64,000 nt of DNA from Candidatus Eiseniibacteriota bacterium (GCA_963823555.1 CAWGMA010000001.1:1536001-1600000); one strand, 5' to 3'. Counted from the stretch's first letter, positions 31,817-41,697 are shown. Numbers and translations are program-made. Notes: generated from the sequence alone by a model not told the origin.

Positions 31817-32998
31817 TTATCTCCCAGCCGGGCCCGGACGTCGGGTCCCCGTCGAGCGGCGCCGCGTCCGGGGCCCGGGCGCCACCACGTCGCCGGAAAT
31901 CGAGAGGTCCTTGCCCAGGGTTTCCACCTGCCATTTCGCGACCCTGAGCCCCGTGGCGATCGAACGCACACCGAGAGGACCCACCCACGCCATCTGCTCT
32001 CCGCCAAGAATGAGGGGCGCCATGTGAAGCGTCAGCCGGTCCGCCCACCCCCCGGCCAGGAACTCGGTGGCCAGGCTCGCTCCCCCTTCGACCAGGACGC
32101 GGCGCACACCCCTGAGGGCAAGGAAACGCAGCGCCCGCTCGAGGCTGATCCGCTCGCTTCGCGCCGGACCGGGTACGGCGAAGATCTCGACACCGGGCCG
32201 CACGAGCCTCGACGCCCGCCTGCCTTGAGCCGCTTCCACCGTGGTCAGGATCCAGGTCGGCGCCTTTCCGTCGCGGAACAGCCGCGCCGCGGCCGGCAGA
32301 TCCAGCCGCCCGCTGACCACCACCCGCACCGGATGCGCCCCCCGCTTGAGCCGGACCGTCAGCTCAGGATCATCATGACGCACCGTGCCCGCGCCTACCA
32401 GCACGGCGTCGGCGGCAGCCCGCATCTCGTGCGCGGCGCGCCGGGCGGGAAGACCCGTGATCCAGCGCGAATCCCCTCCGGCGAGGGCCAGCCGTCCGTC
32501 CAGGGTGACCGCCAGCTTGAGGTCGACCAGCGGCAGACCGGTGCGCTGAAAGTGGTTATACGCCACATTCAAGGCATCGGCCTCAGCGGCGAGGAGGCCG
32601 GTCTCGACGTCCAGATCCGCCCGCCGCATCCGTGCCAGCCCCCGGCCACGGACCCGCGGATCCCGATCCCGCCCGGCAACGACGACCCGTCGGATTCCGG
32701 AGTCCAGGATGGCGGCGCTGCAGGGAGGGGTGAGCCCGTGGTGATTGCACGGCTCCAGGGTCACGTAGATCGTCGCCCCGCGCGCCCGCGTCCCGGCCTG
32801 CCGGAGAGCCTCGACCTCGGCGTGATCTTGCCCCCGCCGCCGGTGCCAACCCTCGCCGACGATCCGGCCTTGGCGCACCACGACCGCCCCCACGAAGGGA
32901 TTCGGATGCGGTTTCCCCCGCCGGGCGAGCTCGAGCGCCCGCCGCATGAAGCGCTCGTCCGGCGTGGCCCCTCGGTCTGCCTCAGATCGTGCACGCAT
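31817..32998 (-). CDS. ribD: Riboflavin biosynthesis deaminase/reductase RibD
   Basis: PNPFVGAV, HAE, TLEPCNH..TPPC, SRWIT, VEGG. Confidence 0.95.
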   Translation of the reverse strand: MRARSEADRGATPDERFMRRALELARRGKPHPNPFVGAVVVRQGRIVGEGWHRRRGQDHAEVEALRQAGTRARGATIYVTLEPCNHHGLTPPCSAAILDSGIRRVVVAGRDRDPRVRGRGLARMRRADLDVETGLLAAEADALNVAYNHFQRTGLPLVDLKLAVTLDGRLALAGGDSRWITGLPARRAAHEMRAAADAVLVGAGTVRHDDPELTVRLKRGAHPVRVVVSGRLDLPAAARLFRDGKAPTWILTTVEAAQGRRASRLVRPGVEIFAVPGPARSERISLERALRFLALRGVRRVLVEGGASLATEFLAGGWADRLTLHMAPLILGGEQMAWVGPLGVRSIATGLRVAKWQVETLGKDLSISGDVVAPGPRTRRRSTGTRRPGPAGR

Positions 32999-33166
32999 TC
33001 CTCACTCCGCGACGATCCTCCCTGGCGCAACTAACCGCGTCACAGATGCGATATTCGCGCATACCGCCATGGTGTCTCGCCTCCTGACGCCCTGTCACAC
33101 CCTGACGACCGCTGTCGCTGGCTCACGGCGACCCCAACGCAAAGCGAAGAAGCCGTGGAGCCGAAG

Positions 33167-33195
33167 AGGGTACGCGGCCGGGCCCCCAGCGTCAA
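33167..33195 (-). promoter_or_regulatory. Candidate sigma70 promoter for the rib operon
   Basis: TTGACG-17 bp-TACCCT on the minus strand. Confidence 0.5.
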
Positions 33196-33217
33196 GCCAT
33201 GCGGGACGTCTTTCTCG

Positions 33218-33247
33218 TTGACCTAGCACGACTTGCCGCGATAACCT
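33218..33247 (+). promoter_or_regulatory. Candidate divergent sigma70 promoter for the GT2 gene
   Basis: TTGACC-18 bp-TAACCT. Confidence 0.45.
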
Positions 33248-33321
33248 GAGGCATTCGTCCAACTCCCCCGCTCCGAGCCCGACTCGCCGGGCTCCAAGCG
33301 CTGCGGCTCCCGTAAACCTCC

Positions 33322-34047
33322 ATGAGCGCCGACCGCGAACTCAAGCTCTCCATCATCATCCCCGTCTACAACGAACGGGCGACGATCTCGACGATCATCG
33401 ACCGGGTGAACCGCGTCGACCTGCCGAAAGAGATCATCGTCGTCGATGACGGTTCGCGCGACGGCACCGCGGAGGTGCTCCGCCAGAAACTGGCCGGCCA
33501 CGCCGTCAACCTCATTCATACCTCTCTGGTCAACCTCGGCAAGGGAGCCTCCATTCGCTATGGCCTCGAGTACGTGCGGGGCGACATCGTGATCATCCAG
33601 GATGCCGACCTCGAGCTGGACCCAGAGGATTACCACCGCATCCTGACCGCCTTCCACGAGCGGCACGCCGACGTTGTCTATGGGTCTCGCTTCCTGGAAC
33701 GGGGCTACTTCCGCGCCTACCCCGAGGTCCGCTTCGGAAACAAGCTGGCCAATTTCCTCCTCGCGTGGGCGGTGCGCGTGCTATGGCGAGTGCGCCTTAC
33801 CGACGAGGCGACATCGTACAAGGCGTTTCGGACGGCGGTCATCAAATCGATGGACCTGCGCGCCGTCGGGTTCGAGTTCTGTCCGGAGGTCACGGCCAAG
33901 GTTCTGAACCGCGGCTACACGATCCACGAGGTGCCGATCCACTACCATCCACGCACCATCGCCGAGGGCAAGAAGGTGCGCTGGTTCGATGGGGTCAAGG
34001 CGCTCTATGTCCTTCTCAAGTACCGCTTCGTGGCGCGCAATGAATGA
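33322..34047 (+). CDS. Glycosyltransferase family 2 (polyprenol-phosphate glycosyltransferase-like)
   Basis: IIPVYNE, VDDGSRDGT, GKG, IQDADLE, VYGSRF. Confidence 0.92.
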   Translation: MSADRELKLSIIIPVYNERATISTIIDRVNRVDLPKEIIVVDDGSRDGTAEVLRQKLAGHAVNLIHTSLVNLGKGASIRYGLEYVRGDIVIIQDADLELDPEDYHRILTAFHERHADVVYGSRFLERGYFRAYPEVRFGNKLANFLLAWAVRVLWRVRLTDEATSYKAFRTAVIKSMDLRAVGFEFCPEVTAKVLNRGYTIHEVPIHYHPRTIAEGKKVRWFDGVKALYVLLKYRFVARNE

Positions 34048-35650
34048 GCGCGTCGAAAGCACGCCAGACCGGGACGCGCTCCGCCGGGGTGACCGCCGAG
34101 TCGCCCGGCGGCTGTTCTTCTTCTGCCTCTTGGCCTACCTGCTCCTGGGCAGCGGCACGATCCCTTCCTCCGATGGCTACACCATGTTCACCCTGGCCCG
34201 GAGCATGCTGAGCGGCCAGCTCTCCATTCCCGAAGGCAATGGCAAGGTCGGCCGGAACGGGCTCCTCTATGCCAAGGCGGATCCGGGACAGGCCGTCGTC
34301 GCTCTGCCTCTTGTCGCCACGGGCGAGCTCACGGCCCGGCTCTTACCCTCCGGGCCGATCCGCGATCTCTGGCCCCGCAGCGTGGCCTCGACCTTCAATG
34401 CCGTCGTCGGCGCCGCCGCGGTTCTCGGTTTCTTCCTCTTGCTTCGCGCCCTCGGCTGCACGGTCCAGACGGCCGTCTGGATGAGCATGGGCCTCGCCCT
34501 GGCCACTCCCCTCCTGCCCTACACCAAATCGTTCATGCGGGAGCCGCTCCTCATGCTGTGCGGGATCGCCGCGTTCCTCGCCATCCATCGAAGCAGGGAG
34601 TCAACACCCGAATCCGCGGCGCAGGGTAGAAGGGCAACCAGCCAGCGCCCGGCGCTCGCCGCCGGTCTCTGGCTAGGCGTCGGGATGGTGGTCAAGTCGA
34701 GCTTTGTCATCAACGTCCCGATCCTCCTCGCCTATCTCATGGCCACCTCGCACCGCGAGATGCGACGGCGCCGCGTGGCCGCCTTCCTCGCTGGCCCCAT
34801 CGCCGGTGGACTGCTTCTAGCTCTCTACAACGCCCACCGCTTCGGCAACCCGCTCACCAGCGGCTACGATCCGACCGTCGACAACTTCTCGACGCCCCTT
34901 TTGGTCGGCCTCTATGGCCAGCTCCTGAGCTCGGGCAAGAGCATCTTCCTCTATGCACCGCTCGGGCTCGTCGCCCTGTTCGCGTTTCCCGCGTTCGCTC
35001 GCCGCCACCGGCCTGAAGCGCTGACCGCCGCCGCCCTCTTTGTCACGCACGTCATCTTCCACGCCAAGTTCGCCTCCTGGGCTGGAGAGGGCAGCTGGGG
35101 GCCACGCTACCTGGTGCCTGTCCTTCCCTTCCTCCTGCTTCCCGCGAGCGAGTTCGTGGCTGGTCCGCGCCGCGTCGCGCGTCGCGCCGCAGCGGCTGCG
35201 CTCATCCTCGGGTTGCTGGTCCAGGCCGGCGGAACGGCGATCTACTTTGGCTCCTACATGCGCGATCTGGGCGAGTATCCCTACGAACGCAACTTCTCCG
35301 ATCCGCTGTTCATGTATCGTTCACACTTCGTCCCCAACTACTCGCCGGTGGTTGGACACTGGCGCCTGCTGACCAGGAACACCGCCCTCCTGTTCGATGC
35401 CGAGCGGCGCCCCCACCTCGGCCTGCGTTCGGAAGAGGCGGGGCGCCTGCCGCTCAGCGCCGGCGATCGCGATGAACTCCGTTACGTCGTGAACTTCTGG
35501 TTCTGCTACTTGATCTACGCGGGGCAACCAGCGACCATGCCCCTCGTGCCGCTGGGGATTCTCCTCACGCTCACGGTGGGGGCCGGTTTCCGCCTGTGGA
35601 GCTCCGCGCGCGCCAGGGAGGATCGCGAGCGCGGGGCGCTGGCTTGGTGA
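34040..35650 (+). CDS. Multi-pass membrane protein, GT-C-like
   Basis: Asp in first external loop (SSDG), about 11 TMs, WGPRYLVP motif; overlaps the GT2 stop. Confidence 0.7.
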   Translation: MNERVESTPDRDALRRGDRRVARRLFFFCLLAYLLLGSGTIPSSDGYTMFTLARSMLSGQLSIPEGNGKVGRNGLLYAKADPGQAVVALPLVATGELTARLLPSGPIRDLWPRSVASTFNAVVGAAAVLGFFLLLRALGCTVQTAVWMSMGLALATPLLPYTKSFMREPLLMLCGIAAFLAIHRSRESTPESAAQGRRATSQRPALAAGLWLGVGMVVKSSFVINVPILLAYLMATSHREMRRRRVAAFLAGPIAGGLLLALYNAHRFGNPLTSGYDPTVDNFSTPLLVGLYGQLLSSGKSIFLYAPLGLVALFAFPAFARRHRPEALTAAALFVTHVIFHAKFASWAGEGSWGPRYLVPVLPFLLLPASEFVAGPRRVARRAAAAALILGLLVQAGGTAIYFGSYMRDLGEYPYERNFSDPLFMYRSHFVPNYSPVVGHWRLLTRNTALLFDAERRPHLGLRSEEAGRLPLSAGDRDELRYVVNFWFCYLIYAGQPATMPLVPLGILLTLTVGAGFRLWSSARAREDRERGALAW

Positions 35651-35663
35651 TCGGGCGCCAGCT

Positions 35664-36734
35664 CTAGGGCACGCAGGGAAGAGCAGCGCGCAACGTGCGC
35701 AGCGAGTCGATCCGCGCATCCGCCGGGTGGTGGGCGATGAATCTCTCGATCGCCGCAGCCACGAACTGGCAATCGTCCGGGCTCCCGCTGGCCGCATGAG
35801 CTTCGGCGATGAGAGCGATCGCACGCAGCTGCCAGGTCGCTGCCAGGGTGCTGTCGGACTCCAAGGCGGCATGCATGCCATAGCGGACGGCCAGTTCCCT
35901 GGCGGCAGTGGAGCCCTCACCCCGTTTCTTCTCGGCCTCCGCCAGTTCAGCTGCAGCCTCTACAGAGCTCTTCTCCGGCAGCCTGGCGAAACTCCGCTGT
36001 GGGCTCGGTGCGGGAGTCTCGGCTTTGAACGCGCCCCATGACGAGGGCGCGGGCCCATCTGACTGCAGCATGCTACGCTCCCCCCTCGTCGTGCTCCGGG
36101 TCCCTGGCTCAAGCTGAGGCGACACCCAGGCGGCGGCGCTTCCATCCTGGTTCGGGTGCAGGATTGCCTCTGAGCCCTTGTCAGGCTCGAAGCTCGCTGT
36201 TCCGTCTCGCGGGCCTTGAGCGGGGTCGGACTTCCCCGCCACCGCCGGCCGTTCCGTGCCATCCGGTTGCTGCGGGCGCGCTCCTCCGGACAGAAGGTGT
36301 TCATCACCATTGCCCCCGAGGTGCTCCTCCACCTGTCCCACCTTTACCTGTTGAGCTAGCTTCCTTTCAGCCTCCGGAAGCAAGCGATCTGTGACCTGGA
36401 GGACCACGAGGAGGATCGCAGCGGCTGCGGCCACCGGCACGAACCGCGGCCAGCTCAGGAGCTCCCGCCACGACCGGCGCGCCGGCCTTGGCTTGTCGCG
36501 CTCGACCACATTCCGCACCCGCGCCGCGAGGCGCTCCAAGTCGGCAGGGGACGGCGGCGAACCCTCGAGCGCCAGCACAGCGTGATCCGCGCGCTCGATC
36601 GCAGCGAGAGCGTCCTTGCAGCGATGGCAGCCCGAGAGATGCGACTCCACGCGCGCCTGCTCCCGTGGCGCGAGCTCGCCGTCGGCATAGCCCCCGAGGA
36701 GCTCCTCGATCTTCCTGCACTCGGCGTTCATCAT
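35664..36734 (-). CDS. zf-HC2 (ZAS) anti-sigma factor with one TM
   Basis: C...LLGGYADGEL...HLSGCHRC, TM segment, coupled to the ECF gene. Confidence 0.88.
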   Translation of the reverse strand: MMNAECRKIEELLGGYADGELAPREQARVESHLSGCHRCKDALAAIERADHAVLALEGSPPSPADLERLAARVRNVVERDKPRPARRSWRELLSWPRFVPVAAAAAILLVVLQVTDRLLPEAERKLAQQVKVGQVEEHLGGNGDEHLLSGGARPQQPDGTERPAVAGKSDPAQGPRDGTASFEPDKGSEAILHPNQDGSAAAWVSPQLEPGTRSTTRGERSMLQSDGPAPSSWGAFKAETPAPSPQRSFARLPEKSSVEAAAELAEAEKKRGEGSTAARELAVRYGMHAALESDSTLAATWQLRAIALIAEAHAASGSPDDCQFVAAAIERFIAHHPADARIDSLRTLRAALPCVP

Positions 36735-37414
36735 CTGGACCTATCACCCGGTCCGCGTTCGAGCTCGGCTCGGAGAGCCTGCCTCGCTCGCGACAGCCGG
36801 GACATCACCGTCCCCCGCGGGATTCCCAGGACCTGGGCCATCTCCCGGTAGTCGAGCCCCTCGCGCACGCGGAGCCATAGAACCGTTCTGGCCTCCGGAT
36901 CCAGGCGCTGGAAGGCCTCCTCCGCTCGCTCGCGGAGCTCCTCCCCCACGGCGGCGCTTTCCGCCGACGGCTCCGGACTGGGCAGTTGAATCGGCTCGCC
37001 GGCCTCATTCGCCAGCGAGACCGTCGGCGGTGCGCTGGAACGCCGCCGCCAGCGATCGCGTGCCAGATTGACCGCAATGGTGAGGATCCAAGGCCGGAAA
37101 TCGCGTCCCAATTTGAAACTCTGGATCCCGGTGAAAGCTCGGACGAAGGTCTCCTGCACCAGATCATCGCGATCGTCGGGATCGCTCACCAGACGTCCGA
37201 TGACTCGGGTGACGATGCCACCATAGGCCCGCACGAGGTCGGCAAAGGCCTCGCCATCCCCACCCTGGGCGGCACGGATCCAGCCGGCGACCAGTGCCGG
37301 ATCGGGGCCCTGCGCCCTCTCGGGTGGCGTTCCTCGTGCCGTGGCCGGGGCGACGGCTGGGGGATCGCTCACCACGGCCGGGCGGGGCGGCGGTGCCGAC
37401 GTCTCCCTTCGCAT
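36731..37414 (-). CDS. ECF RNA polymerase sigma factor
   Basis: DDLVQETFVRA, FRPWILTIAVN, GIPRGTVMSRLSRAR. Confidence 0.93.
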   Translation of the reverse strand: MRRETSAPPPRPAVVSDPPAVAPATARGTPPERAQGPDPALVAGWIRAAQGGDGEAFADLVRAYGGIVTRVIGRLVSDPDDRDDLVQETFVRAFTGIQSFKLGRDFRPWILTIAVNLARDRWRRRSSAPPTVSLANEAGEPIQLPSPEPSAESAAVGEELRERAEEAFQRLDPEARTVLWLRVREGLDYREMAQVLGIPRGTVMSRLSRARQALRAELERGPGDRSR

Positions 37415-37456
37415 CCCTCTCCTGTTACGCAACCAGGCGGGGTGGATTCCCTTCGA

Positions 37457-37669
37457 TCAGCGAGGCGGCTCTTCGTGCGGGTCCACCGGGCGACAGGTGG
37501 TGTCGATGATGTCCTTGGGGTCGATGTCGGGAACGCGGGGCGCTGGGGGAGCCGCAGGGGGAGCCGCGGGGGGAACCGCACGCCTCCCCATCCCCAGGCC
37601 ACGTAGCAAGCGCAACACGAGGACACCGAACAGAAAGTAGAGGATGGCGCGCAATATCACGAGCAACAT
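37457..37669 (-). CDS. Small hypothetical membrane protein
   Basis: N-terminal TM, PPAA repeats, DIID motif near C-terminus. Confidence 0.6.
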   Translation of the reverse strand: MLLVILRAILYFLFGVLVLRLLRGLGMGRRAVPPAAPPAAPPAPRVPDIDPKDIIDTTCRPVDPHEEPPR

Positions 37670-37812
37670 GGTCCCATGCAGCGGTGCGCCGTCGGCGCAT
37701 ACGAAACCCGATGCATGCTAGCACGGCGCTCTGCACAGCTCAACGTAGGGCCCCGGCCTGCGCTCCGGCCCCCCGCGATCCGAACCCGGAGCCGCGTCGG
37801 AGAACCGCACTG

Positions 37813-39444
37813 ATGGTGGTTCGCCCGGTCCGTGCCGTCCTTCTGGCAGCGGTTCTCAGCGTGATATGGCTTCAGCCTGCGCCTGCGAGCTCGAGCGACG
37901 AGGACCCACTGGATCCGAACGGCGCTGTGAGCGATGTTCTGCGCCTCGTGCGAGCCAACTACGTCGATGAAGTCGACGCCCCAAAGCTGGTTGACGCAGC
38001 GATCCAGGGCCTGCTCCGGAAGCTCGATCCCCACTCCAACTACCTCGACCCCAAGCGCCTCGCACTGACGAACGAGCGCAATCGTGGCGAGTACGATGGA
38101 ATCGGCATTTCCTTCGCCCTCCATTCCGGCCACATCACCGTCATCTCCGCCATCGAAGGCACGCCCAGCGATCGCCTGGGCATCCGTCCTGGGGACCGCA
38201 TTGTCGAAATCGATGGCGTCAACGCCTTTGGCCTCAGCGACGACGAAGTCTTCGCTCGACTCCGAGGCCAGGAAGGCACGACCGTTGCGATCACCATCGC
38301 CCGTGAAGGTGAGGACGACGTCCTCCGCTTCAACATGGTCCGCGAGCGGATCCCCATCAAGAGTGTTCCCTACTGGTTTCTGCTGGATCAAGACACGGGC
38401 TACGTACGCATGGTTCGTTTCTCGGCCCATGCCAGCTCGGAGCTGGCACGCGCCCTGGACGACCTCGAGTCGCGCGGGATGAAGCGGTTGATCCTCGATC
38501 TCCGCGGCAACCCGGGCGGCTATCTCGAGCAGGCGGTTGCGGTCGCCGACCAGTTCCTCGACAATCGCAAGCTCGTCGTCTACACCAAGGGTCGGGTCGC
38601 GGGCGCCGTCGCTGAGCATCGGGCCTCTGGCAGCCACATCGACTCACACCAACCGCTGATCGTCATCATCGACCATGGCAGTGCTTCGGCCGCAGAGATC
38701 GTGGCCGGGGCCATCCAGGACTGGGATCGGGGCCTCATCGTCGGTCAGACGAGCTTCGGCAAGGGCTTGGTCCAGCGCCAGTACCGCCTGTGGGACGGGT
38801 CCGCCCTGTTCCTCACCATAGGCCGCTACTACACCCCCGCCGGGCGCCTCATCCAGCGGGAATACGAGGACGATCGGGTGAGCTACTACGCCGCGGCCTA
38901 CGAGGACGCGGCGGCCGAGCACCGAGGCGCGGGCGAGCTCTATCTGACGGCCGCCGGGCGGCGGGTCTTCGGCGGTGGGGGCATCGCCCCGGATGTCCGC
39001 TGCGACCCGGAGGAGCCGAGTCCGACCCTTGCAGCCGTGGAGCGCGCCCAGCTGCCCTTCGCCTTTGCCCAGCACTACATCGTGAATAGTGGCTTCACCT
39101 ACCCGGCCGGCTTCGAGCGATTTCTCACCGATTACGAGCTTGACGACACGGCATGGACCGCGCTACTCGGGTATGCGGCCGGGACCGATCTCGAGATCGG
39201 TCCGGACCGGCTGGCCGCCGATCGGACCGCCATCGCCCACAGCGTGAAGCGGGAGATGGCCGCGTACCTATGGGGCCCCACGGAGCGCTACCGGGTATTG
39301 ATCGCCGCGGATAGCATGGTCGCTCGCTGCCGGGACCTGTTCTCCGAGGCAGACGGGCTTCTGGCCCTCCACGACGCATCCTGTAAGGTCGGAGCGGTGA
39401 AACGCAGCGCAACCTCCCGAACCCAAGCGGGGTACCAGGATTGA
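37813..39444 (+). CDS. S41 carboxyl-terminal protease with PDZ (paralog 1)
   Basis: LDPHSNY, GIGI, LDLRGNPGG, SASAAEI, SFGKG. Confidence 0.93.
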   Translation: MVVRPVRAVLLAAVLSVIWLQPAPASSSDEDPLDPNGAVSDVLRLVRANYVDEVDAPKLVDAAIQGLLRKLDPHSNYLDPKRLALTNERNRGEYDGIGISFALHSGHITVISAIEGTPSDRLGIRPGDRIVEIDGVNAFGLSDDEVFARLRGQEGTTVAITIAREGEDDVLRFNMVRERIPIKSVPYWFLLDQDTGYVRMVRFSAHASSELARALDDLESRGMKRLILDLRGNPGGYLEQAVAVADQFLDNRKLVVYTKGRVAGAVAEHRASGSHIDSHQPLIVIIDHGSASAAEIVAGAIQDWDRGLIVGQTSFGKGLVQRQYRLWDGSALFLTIGRYYTPAGRLIQREYEDDRVSYYAAAYEDAAAEHRGAGELYLTAAGRRVFGGGGIAPDVRCDPEEPSPTLAAVERAQLPFAFAQHYIVNSGFTYPAGFERFLTDYELDDTAWTALLGYAAGTDLEIGPDRLAADRTAIAHSVKREMAAYLWGPTERYRVLIAADSMVARCRDLFSEADGLLALHDASCKVGAVKRSATSRTQAGYQD

Positions 39445-39506
39445 ACATCAGAACCCCAAGAAGCTTCTCCCCCGCGCCGGCCGGCGCCGTCAGGAAGGAT
39501 GCCGCG

Positions 39507-41156
39507 ATGTCCAAGTTCTCGCTCGCACTGTGCCTCGCCACCGCGGCTCTCCTCGGGATGGCGACAACCGCATTCCCGGCCGCCGATCCCTCGGCCGAGG
39601 AGAACCTCCTCGAGCGCCTGCGCACCTTCAACGACGTCCTGCGCCTGGTCCGGGCCAACTACGTCGACGAGGTGGACTCCGCGGAGCTCATTGATGGAGC
39701 CATCGTGGGACTCCTCGAGGAACTCGACCCTCATTCCAACTATGTCGACCCCAAGCGCGCGTCCCAGATGAACGAACGCTACCGTGGCGAGTACTTTGGC
39801 ATTGGCATCTCCTTCGCCATCCGGGACGGGTATCTCACCGTGATCTCACCGATCGAAGGTAGCCCCTCGGATCGGCTGGGCATCCGTGCCGGTGACCGCA
39901 TCGTCAAGATCGACGGCGCTTCCGCCATGGGCATCAGCGAGAACGAGGTGTTCGAGAAGCTACGGGGGCCGCAGGGGACAACCGTGCATGTCTCCATCCA
40001 GCGCGACGGCCGCGACGATCTCATCGAGATCGATATCGTGCGCGAACGAATCGAGCTCAAGAGCGTCCCCTACGCCTTCATGCTCGATGGCGAGACAGGC
40101 TACATCCGCATGATCCTCTTCTCCTCGACGACCGGGCAAGAGCTCGACGGCGCCCTCGATCAACTCGAAGCAGCGGGAATGAAGCGCCTCGTCCTGGACC
40201 TGCGCGGCAACGCGGGCGGGCTCCTCGAGCAAGCCGTCGAGGTGGCCGACAAGTTCATCAACGGCCGCAAGTTGCTGGTCTTCCAGAAGGGACGCGTCGA
40301 GAGCGCGAACGAGGAGCACTACGCATCCGATTCCGATCGCCACCCCACCTCCCCGCTCGTCGTCCTCATCGATCATGGCAGCGCCTCGGCCTCGGAGATC
40401 GTCGCCGGCGCGGTCCAGGACTGGGATCGCGGCCTGGTAGCCGGGCAGACGAGTTTCGGCAAGGGTCTCGTCCAGCGGCAATTCCGCCTGCGGGATGGAT
40501 CCGCGCTGTTTCTGACCATCGCCCGCTACTACACGCCCTCAGGCCGGCTCATTCAACGCGACTACGAACCCGGGGATCGCACCACCTACTATGCCGCCGG
40601 CTTGGATGACGATGACCCCAACGCCAACCCCGATTCGACCGCGAGCCGCCCGGCCTACCGTACGGCGGCTGGGCGCACGGTCTACGGGGGCGGCGGCATC
40701 ACGCCCGATACCAAGATCGAATTACCCGCCTTCACGGCGACGCAAGAGGCGGTGGAACGCGCCACTCTGCCCTTCCAGTTTGCCAACGCCTATGTCGGCA
40801 AGCATCAGTTCACCTACCCCGCCGGATTCGAGCGTTATCTTTCTGAGTACGCCGTCGACAATGCGACCTGGGGTGAATTCCTCGAATACGCGGCGACCAC
40901 CGCTCCCACGCTCACTCCGGAGGAACTCGAGGCGGAACGCGAGTACATCGCTCGCAGCGTCAAGCGCGAGATCGCCGGCAACCTGTGGGGTCCCACGGAG
41001 CGCTACCGGGTGCTGCTCGCCAGCGATCCGATGCTGGCCGAAGCTCGTGAGCTGTTCCCCCAGGCACTGGAGATGCTCGCCCTACGGCAGCAGAACGGCG
41101 GGCGCCCCGGCCCCTGGCAGGCAGCCGGCGGAGCGCCCGGGAGCGCGGACAACTAG
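39507..41156 (+). CDS. S41 carboxyl-terminal protease with PDZ (paralog 2)
   Basis: LDPHSNY, LDLRGNAGG, SASASEI, SFGKG, GGGITPD. Confidence 0.94.
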   Translation: MSKFSLALCLATAALLGMATTAFPAADPSAEENLLERLRTFNDVLRLVRANYVDEVDSAELIDGAIVGLLEELDPHSNYVDPKRASQMNERYRGEYFGIGISFAIRDGYLTVISPIEGSPSDRLGIRAGDRIVKIDGASAMGISENEVFEKLRGPQGTTVHVSIQRDGRDDLIEIDIVRERIELKSVPYAFMLDGETGYIRMILFSSTTGQELDGALDQLEAAGMKRLVLDLRGNAGGLLEQAVEVADKFINGRKLLVFQKGRVESANEEHYASDSDRHPTSPLVVLIDHGSASASEIVAGAVQDWDRGLVAGQTSFGKGLVQRQFRLRDGSALFLTIARYYTPSGRLIQRDYEPGDRTTYYAAGLDDDDPNANPDSTASRPAYRTAAGRTVYGGGGITPDTKIELPAFTATQEAVERATLPFQFANAYVGKHQFTYPAGFERYLSEYAVDNATWGEFLEYAATTAPTLTPEELEAEREYIARSVKREIAGNLWGPTERYRVLLASDPMLAEARELFPQALEMLALRQQNGGRPGPWQAAGGAPGSADN

Positions 41157-41536
41157 GAGCGCGCGCTGCCGCCGGGACCTGGATCGACTCCGATCGCGCG
41201 CAGGTAGGCCTCGACGAGCGCGCGGGCTCGGACGTAGTCCTCGGGAGCAACGAGCAACTGCCCCCAGTAGCCCTTGAGCGTGCTCATGATCCCATCGGCC
41301 CACGGGATCTGGGCCGAACGCACGAGGCTCGGGATATCCTGCTCCGCCAGCACTCGTTGCACGGCGAGGGCCGAGAACTCATCCGGTGCGCGGTACACCG
41401 GCCGATAGTCCACCCACACCAATTCTCGCCCCGGTTCCTCGTTCTCGATGCCATCCTCGAGTCTGGTGTGGCACGGCCAGCAGACCTCGACATGATCTTC
41501 GTACTCAGCGTTGCAGCGGGGACAATGACGGGGCAT
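41153..41536 (-). CDS. Zn-ribbon plus DUF2007-like small protein
   Basis: CPRC..EY...CWPC followed by a small alpha/beta domain ending LLVAPEDYVRARAL. Confidence 0.7.
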   Translation of the reverse strand: MPRHCPRCNAEYEDHVEVCWPCHTRLEDGIENEEPGRELVWVDYRPVYRAPDEFSALAVQRVLAEQDIPSLVRSAQIPWADGIMSTLKGYWGQLLVAPEDYVRARALVEAYLRAIGVDPGPGGSARS

Positions 41537-41590
41537 GGTTTCGATGTCTGGGTGCTATCGATGGTGCTGCACTCGGGGTGTCGAGAAAGA

Positions 41591-41666
41591 TGGCGGGCCG
41601 TGCTGGGCTCGAACCAGCGCACCCCTGCTTAAAAGGCAGGTGCTCTACCAACTGAGCTAACGGCCC
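41591..41666 (-). tRNA. tRNA-Lys (UUU)
   Basis: Cloverleaf GGGCCGT/ACGGCCC, anticodon arm CCTGC-CTTTTAA-GCAGG, TTCGA loop, encoded CCA. Confidence 0.97.
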
Positions 41667-41697
41667 ACGGCGATTGTCCCCAGAATCGGGGTTGGCG

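Noticed and set aside
32996..33070. Selenocysteine at the in-frame UGA before ribD
   Set aside because: The position is outside any catalytic Cys context and no convincing SECIS was recognised
33000..33200. FMN riboswitch before ribD
   Set aside because: None of the conserved RFN blocks is present on either strand
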